44,302 nt of DNA from an uncultured Akkermansia sp. (GTDB lineage: Bacteria; Verrucomicrobiota; Kiritimatiellia; RFP12; UBA1067), in NCBI GenBank assembly GCA_964459675.1, contig CAYWNP010000002.1:4665-48966 (forward strand), given 5' to 3'. Below are positions 36,215 through 43,082 of this stretch, piece by piece. Below the pieces are notes generated by a model. The model was not told where the DNA came from. It saw only the letters and a list, made by a program, of their open reading frames with translations, and searched no databases. Every line of letters begins with the position of its first letter. Positions within the stretch are counted from its first letter, which is position 1. Both the position numbers and the translations under genes were made by a program.

Positions 36215-37810
36215 ATGAACAAACGTATTTTTGTTACCCTGCTGTCGATGGGGTGCGTGCAGATGTGCATGGCCAAGTCGCAGCCGAATATCGTCATGAT
36301 GTTTGCGGATGATCTGGGACGTTATGCCTCTGCCTATGGGGATCCCAGAAGGCCCTCACCCAACGACATCATCAAGACCCCGGTCTTTGATCGGATCGCC
36401 CGCGAGGGGGCTCGGTTTGACAATGCATTCATCAGTGCTCCCTCCTGTACCCCTTCGCGCGGCGCCCTTGCCACGGGTCGCCATTTTTTTCGGAACGGCT
36501 CCAATGCGCAATTGCATCATCCCTGGTCCGGTCCTGAGGTTGACCCCATTACAACCATCAAAGGCGTAGCAGAACAACTGCGCGACTCAGGTTATCACAT
36601 CGGCCACACCTACAAGATTCATATTACGGAGAGACTGATTGGCGGCAAGGAGTGCGTCTATGATGCGGCAGGCAGTGCCCTGAACGATTACTCTGAGAAT
36701 GTAACGAGGGCCACAGATAAAGAGGCAGCCAAAGCGAAGATTTTTAATCAGGTGCGTGATAACTTCCGCGCCTTTCTTGCGAAGCGCAAACCCGGTCAAC
36801 CCTTCTACTATTCGTTTCATCCAACCAATACGCATCGCAAATGGGAGAAGGGGTCTGGCAAGGCACTGTGGAATTTAGACCCTGAAGCGCTCAAGGGAAA
36901 GCTGGATCCCTGCTTGCCGGATGTTCCTGAAATTCGAGAGGATTTCGCTGATTATCTGGGCGAAGCCCAGGCCTTTGATGCCGCGTGCGGAGTGATTATC
37001 GAAGAGCTTGAAAAGCTTGGCGAACTGGATAATACGGTCGTGGCCATTTCGGGCGACCACGGTGCCCCGGGCTTTCCGCGTGGCAAGTGTAACACCTGCG
37101 ACTTTGGGGCGCGTGTCTTGCTGGGGTTGCGCTGGCCAACGGGCATTGAACCGGGCAAGGTTATCAAGACACCGGTCTCACTGGTGGATATGACGCCGAC
37201 TTTTTTGGCGGTGGCAGAGGTTTCTGCGATTCCTGAGATGGACGGCAAAAGCCTGCTTCCTGTTCTGGCAAAGGGCGGGCGCGAGGAGAGCTTGCGCGGT
37301 TGGGCGCTGATCGGACGTGAAGTTCATGCGCATCCCGCACGCGCAGGAAACCTGCCTTATCCGGTTCGGTCACTGCGGACCCGCGATTTCCTCTATACGA
37401 TTAACTTCAAGCCCGACCGTTGGCCTGCGGGTGATCCGCGCGCTGCAACAGAGGGAGGCACCTCTACTTCCGCTGATTGGGAGAAGAGCACCTATACGGG
37501 TTATGCGGATATGGATGCCTCGCCCACCAAAGCGTGGCTTGTCGGAAACAGTACCCATCTGATTGTCGCTGAAGCGTGGCGGCTCGGCATTGAAAAGCGT
37601 CCCGGCGAAGAGCTTTACGACTTGAATAAAGATCCCTATCAGCTTCGTAATGTCGCCGAAGATCCTGCCTATAAGGACCAGAAGCAAGCCCTGCATAAGC
37701 AGGTCATGGCCATCCTTGAAAAAGGCCATGACCCTCGCCTCGACAACGACGCCTTCGACCGTCCTCCCTATCTCGCCACGGCTAAAGCTAAAAAGGCCGC
37801 TAAAAAATAA
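36215..37810 (+). CDS. Sulfatase (formylglycine-dependent, S1 family)
   Basis: A signal peptide is present. Other features are the MMFADDLG metal-binding start and the FGly motif SAPSCTPSRGALATGRH (CxPxR). Confidence 0.9.
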   Translation: MNKRIFVTLLSMGCVQMCMAKSQPNIVMMFADDLGRYASAYGDPRRPSPNDIIKTPVFDRIAREGARFDNAFISAPSCTPSRGALATGRHFFRNGSNAQLHHPWSGPEVDPITTIKGVAEQLRDSGYHIGHTYKIHITERLIGGKECVYDAAGSALNDYSENVTRATDKEAAKAKIFNQVRDNFRAFLAKRKPGQPFYYSFHPTNTHRKWEKGSGKALWNLDPEALKGKLDPCLPDVPEIREDFADYLGEAQAFDAACGVIIEELEKLGELDNTVVAISGDHGAPGFPRGKCNTCDFGARVLLGLRWPTGIEPGKVIKTPVSLVDMTPTFLAVAEVSAIPEMDGKSLLPVLAKGGREESLRGWALIGREVHAHPARAGNLPYPVRSLRTRDFLYTINFKPDRWPAGDPRAATEGGTSTSADWEKSTYTGYADMDASPTKAWLVGNSTHLIVAEAWRLGIEKRPGEELYDLNKDPYQLRNVAEDPAYKDQKQALHKQVMAILEKGHDPRLDNDAFDRPPYLATAKAKKAAKK

Positions 37811-37826
37811 GCGAAACGAGAAACAG

Positions 37827-38306
37827 GTGCTGGTGACAGATAATAAACAACAGGGTCTAGTTATCATCGCCTTTTGGCTTGCGCTTTCAAGCGTAACGCT
37901 CAGGATTATGCCATTACTGATCCTCTGTGCACTTGAGGCACTTGCAAAACCCTTTGCGGACGCGACAGAGCGCGTCCCTCCAGTGCATGAAAGCCCGTTC
38001 TCCTTGATTTTTGGAGGGCCACGCTCTGTCGTGGCCGTTTTCGTTGGAGGTTTTGCAAGTGCCTCACTTGTCTATTTTCAGGGTCAAACTAGTTTTGCAG
38101 GTCTTGCCGGATTTAGCGTGTTTATGTTGTTACCCATGTGGTTTGGTAGTCTGCTGGCTTGGCTTACAAGTCTAGTTATGGTGGTCATTATTGCTTTCCG
38201 TTGTCGTCCCTTACTGTTTACCAAAATGGGCATTGCCACGCTACTCATGCAGGAGGGGATTCTGGTTTGCATTGGAGCCATAGCTGTTTCAATCATCTAT
38301 AAGTGA
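37827..38306 (+). CDS. Doubtful small 4-TM membrane protein
   Basis: This is the part of ORF 37650-38306 downstream of the sulfatase stop, starting at GTG 37827 or ATG 37908. It has hydrophobic helices, but its third positions are AT-rich, unlike the neighbouring genes. A 131-nt imperfect palindrome lies inside it. Confidence 0.4.
   Translation: MLVTDNKQQGLVIIAFWLALSSVTLRIMPLLILCALEALAKPFADATERVPPVHESPFSLIFGGPRSVVAVFVGGFASASLVYFQGQTSFAGLAGFSVFMLLPMWFGSLLAWLTSLVMVVIIAFRCRPLLFTKMGIATLLMQEGILVCIGAIAVSIIYK
37935..38065. repeat. 131-nt imperfect palindrome with two internal hairpins
   Basis: The outer arms GAGGCACTTGCAAAACC (37935-37951) and GGTTTTGCAAGTGCCTC (38049-38065) are perfectly complementary. 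The inner hairpins are GGACGCG-ACAGAG-CGCGTCC (37958-37977) and GGCCACG-CTCTGT-CGTGGCC (38017-38036), and their loops are complementary to each other. Confidence 0.75.
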
Positions 38307-38308
38307 CC

Positions 38309-38334
38309 CTATCACAGTTTATAAACTGTGATAG
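38309..38334. promoter_or_regulatory. 26-bp perfect palindrome CTATCACAGTTTATAAACTGTGATAG (copy 1)
   Basis: Read directly. It starts 3 nt after the stop of the doubtful membrane ORF. It is a candidate dimeric-regulator operator. Confidence 0.55.
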
Positions 38335-38444
38335 AACGGTATGGATTCATTAACCGAAATGAACGATGGATTTAGCTAATAAAAACAAGTCATTCTTGAA
38401 AACAGGCAGCTTCATATTTAATAAAAATAACCAGCAAACAGTTA

Positions 38445-38468
38445 TATCACAGTTTATAAACTGTGATA
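38445..38468. promoter_or_regulatory. 24-bp perfect palindrome TATCACAGTTTATAAACTGTGATA (copy 2)
   Basis: Read directly. It ends 6 nt before the ArsR-like gene stop. GGGG follows it, mirroring the CCCC that precedes copy 3. Confidence 0.55.
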
Positions 38469-38474
38469 GGGGTG

Positions 38475-39047
38475 CTAACTTTTCTCTAAAACGAGATTGA
38501 GCAATTTTTTAGCCAAAGGACGTGCGGGAATGCATAAAGTTACGCTGGATTCTGACAAGGCGACCACGGCCCGATTTTCGAGTTTCTTCAATTGCCGATG
38601 GAGGGTTTGGTAGGGCACACGACAAAGCGTGGACAATTCAGAGGGTGAACAATCTGGATTGGCTTCGATGACACGGACCATCAAAATCCGCTTGGGGCAG
38701 GTAAAAATAGTCAGGTCTTTTAATACGATCGCGTATGCTTTGGCATCTGTACAACTCCGTAAGGTAGTAATGACGGTCTTTAAAAGGGTGTCTGCGTGTT
38801 TGACTCTGGGGTTAGCTCCCAGGGAGTAATCAACCCATCGCCCACGTCGGCTCGCCTGTAAAAACCCGCGTGCGTTCAGGATGCGCAGGTACTGGCTGCA
38901 GACGCTCTTTTTCAATTTACAACGTGCCGCTAGTGTCTGAACGCACAAAGGCGATTCATCGATCATGGCTTTCAATAATGACAGCCGGGTGCGATTGGCC
39001 AATGCCCGGCAACTTCTCCATACAGTTGGTTCTAGTATTTTGCTCAT
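38475..39047 (-). CDS. ArsR/SmtB-like transcriptional regulator with two tandem winged-HTH domains
   Basis: ORF trimmed to ATG 39047 (MSKILEPTVW). The first wHTH is ALANRTRLSLLKAMIDESPLCVQTLAARCKLKKSVCSQYLRILNARGFLQASRRGRWVDYSL. The second is CPKRILMVRVIEANPDCSPSELSTLCRVPYQTLHRQLKKLENRAVV. Confidence 0.75.
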   Translation of the reverse strand: MSKILEPTVWRSCRALANRTRLSLLKAMIDESPLCVQTLAARCKLKKSVCSQYLRILNARGFLQASRRGRWVDYSLGANPRVKHADTLLKTVITTLRSCTDAKAYAIVLKDLTIFTCPKRILMVRVIEANPDCSPSELSTLCRVPYQTLHRQLKKLENRAVVALSESSVTLCIPARPLAKKLLNLVLEKS

Positions 39048-39058
39048 ATAAACAACCC

Positions 39059-39084
39059 CTATCATAGTTTATAAACTGTGATAG
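39059..39084. promoter_or_regulatory. 26-bp palindrome CTATCATAGTTTATAAACTGTGATAG (copy 3, one mismatch), probable operator
   Basis: It lies 12 nt upstream of the ArsR-like start codon, in the divergent spacer shared with the Cys4-protein gene. Confidence 0.6.
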
Positions 39085-39229
39085 TATGATACAAGGTCGC
39101 TCTGGGTTATCGCAATGACAAAATAGGGAAGAAACTGGCCCCAAACTGAGATTGATATCAAAAACGCGATTATGGTAATCTTAAAAAAAGAGTATTTTGT
39201 ATAGGTCGTCAACTTATTGAGTAGCGCTG

Positions 39230-40093
39230 ATGTTTAAAGATATCGGCCATGAAAGGGAACGCATGGAAAAAGAACGGTTTATTACTGGTATTTATAACTA
39301 CTGTGATTATTGGTGTGAGCGGTGCGCATTTACGCGACAATGCCGTACATTTGCGATGGGTAAGGAAATGGAGGCGGAACAGAAGTCAGATCGGGACGAT
39401 GCCACGAACATGACCTTCTGGAACAAGCTCGCAGGCAAGCTGAGTCAGGCTTCAATGATGTCAAGCGAACAGGGGTGGTTGCAAACGGATTGGCAGGATG
39501 AGGATGGCTTGGATGCAAATGACTTTCTGCATGAGGAAGAGGACGATGCGGAGATGGATGAATATATGCGTCAGGACGAGGCGCGTCAGCAGAAAGTACG
39601 TCAAAGCCCACTCTCCCGTATGGCCATGGAGTATATGCAACGTGTCCAAGCGTGGCTGAAAGACTCGGATGCGGATTTAAAGGCACTTGCCCAGGAGTGG
39701 CTCGAGGCCGCGAAAACGCGTGAGCAAGATTGTGATTATGAGGAACTGGCCCACTGCGTGGGGGATATGCTCGAAGTAATCACGTGGTACCATACATTCT
39801 TACCCCCGAAGGTCAACCGGGCGTTGCGCAGCAATTTTGAAATGAAAACCAGAGAATCCGGTATCCTTGCAGAATCAAGCCAGTTTGATGCCAATGGCTC
39901 TGGCAAGGTGGTTTTAATCGCCGTGGAACGTTCCATCTCTGCTTGGCTGTTTCTTCGCGACCACTTGTCCAAACAGGAGGATACGATCTTATCCATGCTA
40001 GTGATTCTAGGTCGCATCCGAAATGGGATTCAGGAAGAGATTCCAAACGCGAAGACTTTCCGCCGACCTGGGTTCGAGAATGGTAAGTTCTAA
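39230..40093 (+). CDS. Hypothetical protein with N-terminal CX3CX2CX5C cluster and a strongly acidic linker
   Basis: The N-terminus is ERFITGIYNYCDYWCERCAFTRQC. An acidic stretch DWQDEDGLDANDFLHEEEDDAEMDEY follows, then a helical C-terminal domain. No family was recognised. An alternative start is ATG 39263. Confidence 0.55.
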   Translation: MFKDIGHERERMEKERFITGIYNYCDYWCERCAFTRQCRTFAMGKEMEAEQKSDRDDATNMTFWNKLAGKLSQASMMSSEQGWLQTDWQDEDGLDANDFLHEEEDDAEMDEYMRQDEARQQKVRQSPLSRMAMEYMQRVQAWLKDSDADLKALAQEWLEAAKTREQDCDYEELAHCVGDMLEVITWYHTFLPPKVNRALRSNFEMKTRESGILAESSQFDANGSGKVVLIAVERSISAWLFLRDHLSKQEDTILSMLVILGRIRNGIQEEIPNAKTFRRPGFENGKF

Positions 40094-40199
40094 TTAGTGG
40101 ATGCATGCTGGCTGGAGTACCTCTGGCTGTAGTGAGTTACAAGTGGGTTCCAACCTCTAGGCTTGAGTCTCGTGTGTGTCCGTGTTATTGTTTTTGCAA

Positions 40200-40958
40200 A
40201 TGCAATCAGAACGGAAAATAGTGGCTGGGCATGTGGTGCCGTTCGCGCTGTGGATCAGCGTGATCTTTTTGCTGCAGGGACTGGAGGGTCTCGGGGTGAC
40301 GTCGCGTCTCCTGTTGCCGTGGAGTTATGCGCTTAAGACTGTCGCCTGCGTAGCCCTCTTTCTCTTGTTAAAGCCGTGGACCGTCTATCCGTCGCTGAAG
40401 CTCTCCAACGTGCCGTTGGCCCTTTTTGCCGGTGTCGTTGTGACGCTCGCCTGGGTGGTGCCTGAGACGCCGTGGTTCGGAAGACTCCTGCCCGACGTGC
40501 AGCTCTTTTATAACAGATGGTGTATCATGATGCCCGGCGAGCTGCCGAGTTATTACAATCCAGACTTCTTCCCTGCTCTCCCGCCGGGCCATGCGTCCCT
40601 CGCCTATTCTCCCGCTGAGGCGGGCTGGCCGTTGACGATCATGAAGCTGATCGGTTCCGCATGTGTCATTGCGGTCATCGAGGAATTTTTCTTCCGTGGC
40701 TTCTTCTATCGCTGGTTACGGCAGGGACAGTTTTGGAACGTGCCGCTCAAGCTTCTTGATCAACAGGCCTTCTGGACCGTGGTCGCGGTCTTCGGTCTTG
40801 AACATGACCGCTGGCTCGCCGGGCTTTTTGCTGGCGTAGTCTACGGCTGGCTGACCGTCCGCACAGGCGATATCTGGTGCGCGGCACTTGCTCATTTCAT
40901 CACCAATCTCCTCCTTGGCCTCTATGTGATCTGTTCCGGCCAGTATGGTTTTTGGTAA
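40200..40958 (+). CDS. CPBP-family (CAAX-protease-like) intramembrane glutamic endopeptidase
   Basis: ORF 40176-40958 with the first ATG at 40200. CPBP motifs are EEFFFRGFFYRW (EExxxR), FGLEHDRW (FxxxH) and HFITNLL (HxxxN). Confidence 0.8.
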   Translation: MQSERKIVAGHVVPFALWISVIFLLQGLEGLGVTSRLLLPWSYALKTVACVALFLLLKPWTVYPSLKLSNVPLALFAGVVVTLAWVVPETPWFGRLLPDVQLFYNRWCIMMPGELPSYYNPDFFPALPPGHASLAYSPAEAGWPLTIMKLIGSACVIAVIEEFFFRGFFYRWLRQGQFWNVPLKLLDQQAFWTVVAVFGLEHDRWLAGLFAGVVYGWLTVRTGDIWCAALAHFITNLLLGLYVICSGQYGFW

Positions 40959-40969
40959 GCGCTATTCTT

Positions 40970-42154
40970 CTACGTTCGCTCACGAGAGGGGATGACGCCG
41001 GGCGAGATTGCGCTATCGCCTAACTTGGCGCGTAAGGCATCCATCGTATGACACAACTTCTCGCGCTTGGCACGGCTGGCGCGCGCGTTGTCAAAGAGGG
41101 TCAGCTGTTCGCGCGGATTCGGAGTGAGACCTGTCACACCAAAGCCGATCAGGCGGACGGGCTGGATCAGTTGTTCGGTGTCAAAGAGTTTCAGGGCCAG
41201 CGCGCGAAAGGAAAAGTCGTCACACACCGGTACGTCAAAGGGTGCCTGGCGCGTAATGGTCTTAAAATCGGCCCAGCGGAGTTTCAGGCGTCCTGTCGCC
41301 GCATAAAAACCATGACGGCGCACGCGCTCTCCCACATCGACGACAAGGCCGCGCAGGACATCGCGAAGCAACTCGGGGTCGGAGCAGTCTGTCAGAAAGG
41401 TGTATTCCCTTGAAACGCTCTTTTCGACGTTTTCAGTCTCGACCGCCCGGCTGTCCTCGCCAAAGGCCAGGGACATGAGGTGCTCTGCGAAGGTTGCGCC
41501 AAAGAGGCGCTCCAGTTTTTTGGGATCGCCCTTCTGGATATCCGCGACCGTCTGGTAGCCGGCGTTCACTAGGGCTTCGCCGGTCACCTTGCCGACACCC
41601 CAGAGACTCCCGACCTTCAGGGCGCCCAGGAAACGGATGACGCCCTCGCGCGTATGCGGCACCACAAAGAGACCATCGGGTTTTGCGCGTTCACTCCCCA
41701 GCTTGGCTAGGAACTTGTTGTGTGCCACCCCCACGGAGGCCGCGAGATGGACCTCCGTGTGAATCAAGGCGCGCAGTTGTTTGGCGATGGCTTCGCCTGA
41801 ACCGAAGAGGGTATGCGCGCCGGTCACATCAATAAAGGCTTCATCACAGGAGATGGGTTCGATCAGCGGAGAGAAGCGCTCGAAGATTTCAAAGACTTTG
41901 CGGGATGCCTCGTCGTAGCGCGCCATGTCCGGCGGGCGGAAGACGGCATGGGGACACCGCCGATAAGCTTCGCGGGAGGGCATGGCTGAGTGGATGCCAA
42001 AGGCTCGCGCTTCATACGAACAGGTGCAGACGACGCCCCTCTGATCTGGAGGGGAGCCGACGACTACGGGCTTGCCGCGCAATTCCGGCCTGTCGCGTTG
42101 TTCAACCGACGCGAAAAAGGCATCCATGTCGATATGGAGAATGCAACGGGCCAT
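40970..42154 (-). CDS. dinB: DNA polymerase IV (Y-family)
   Basis: ORF trimmed to ATG 42154 (MARCILHIDMDAFFASVEQRD). Y-family blocks include SCDEAFIDVT and the little-finger region. Confidence 0.92.
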   Translation of the reverse strand: MARCILHIDMDAFFASVEQRDRPELRGKPVVVGSPPDQRGVVCTCSYEARAFGIHSAMPSREAYRRCPHAVFRPPDMARYDEASRKVFEIFERFSPLIEPISCDEAFIDVTGAHTLFGSGEAIAKQLRALIHTEVHLAASVGVAHNKFLAKLGSERAKPDGLFVVPHTREGVIRFLGALKVGSLWGVGKVTGEALVNAGYQTVADIQKGDPKKLERLFGATFAEHLMSLAFGEDSRAVETENVEKSVSREYTFLTDCSDPELLRDVLRGLVVDVGERVRRHGFYAATGRLKLRWADFKTITRQAPFDVPVCDDFSFRALALKLFDTEQLIQPVRLIGFGVTGLTPNPREQLTLFDNARASRAKREKLCHTMDALRAKLGDSAISPGVIPSRERT

Positions 42155-42214
42155 GGAGAGAATTACCGCTTCGCTTTCGACTTTCGTCGAATGGTTTCCG
42201 CTTCGCTTCAACGA

Positions 42215-42266
42215 GCCTTATTGCGAAATTGCCTTATTGCCTTATTTGATCCTTAAGGCAATGAGG
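42215..42266. repeat. ATTGCCTT-family words (direct x3) plus one inverted AAGGCAAT
   Basis: GCCTTATTGCGAAATTGCCTTATTGCCTTATTTG is followed by AAGGCAATGAGG. The site is the spacer between the dinB start and the infC stop. Confidence 0.8.
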
Positions 42267-42336
42267 AGGCAAGAAGAAAAGAAGGGCGGCACGGTCGGAG
42301 ACCGTTGCCCTGCCCTTTTAAAAACAAACGGCATCC

Positions 42337-42981
42337 TTAGATCTGAAGCGGATCAAAATCTTTTGAGAGCTTGGGCTGAACCTTAGGTTGCGCCTGTTGC
42401 TGTTGCTGCTCGGTTTTGGGCGCGGCCTGTGTTTGATGACCGCCGCCACCGCCACCACTACTGCCAGGCTTGACTGGTTTTGGTGCGAGCATACAGCCCA
42501 GTACACGGCCAATGAGTTTCGGGGGTTGCTCCGTGATGGCGAATGCTAAGCAAGCTTCAACAACCTTATTCACGAGCTCTACACCGATCTCTTTGTGCGC
42601 ATTCTCACGACCGCGATATTGCAAGGTCACCTTGACCTTGTCGCCCTCTTCGATGAATTCCCGGATCTGGCGCAGCTTGTGATCAATATCCCCGGCATCC
42701 GTGGTGGCATGGAATTTGACTTCCTTGATCTGGACCACCTTCTGGTGCTTGCGCGCTTGCTTGCGCTTGATGCTCTCCTCGTAACGGAACTTGCCGTAGT
42801 CCATAATTTTACAGACTGGCGGTTCAGCATTGGGGGAGACCTCAACGAGGTCAAGGCCTTGTGCATCAGCGAGGCGTTGCGCCTCACGTGTCGGCATGAC
42901 GCCGAGCATTTGCCCTGCGGGGTCCAGCAAGCGAACTGTCTGGACTCTAATCTTGAAGTTTACACGAATAAACGAAGCGAT
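42337..42981 (-). CDS. infC: Translation initiation factor IF-3, probable non-AUG (AUC) start
   Basis: The track ORF starts at TTG 42930, but the frame stays open upstream (IASFIRVNFKIRVQTVR-LLDPAGQMLGV) and matches the conserved IF3 N-terminus. Codon ATC 42979-42981 lies 3-4 nt after GAGGTGA (42985-42991). The C-terminal tail is Gly/Gln-rich. Confidence 0.85.
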   Translation of the reverse strand: MASFIRVNFKIRVQTVRLLDPAGQMLGVMPTREAQRLADAQGLDLVEVSPNAEPPVCKIMDYGKFRYEESIKRKQARKHQKVVQIKEVKFHATTDAGDIDHKLRQIREFIEEGDKVKVTLQYRGRENAHKEIGVELVNKVVEACLAFAITEQPPKLIGRVLGCMLAPKPVKPGSSGGGGGGHQTQAAPKTEQQQQQAQPKVQPKLSKDFDPLQI

Positions 42982-43082
42982 AGCTCACCTCTTTTTTTCG
43001 GCCGATTTCGCGGCCTTTTGTTGTTCTTGTTGTTATGAGTGTTCCACCCTGTCGATCAGACAGCATAGACCGCTCAGTAAAA

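Noticed and set aside
38309-38468. Palindrome copies 1 and 2 acting simply as intrinsic terminators of the convergent genes.
   Set aside because: The stems are AT-rich with essentially no loop, and no T-run follows on either strand. A near-identical third copy lies upstream of the regulator's start, which fits an operator or element-end role better. Terminator activity is not excluded experimentally.
42155-42336. Missing rpmI/rplT hidden downstream of infC.
   Set aside because: Only 182 nt separate infC from dinB. That stretch contains word arrays and no open frame resembling L35 or L20.
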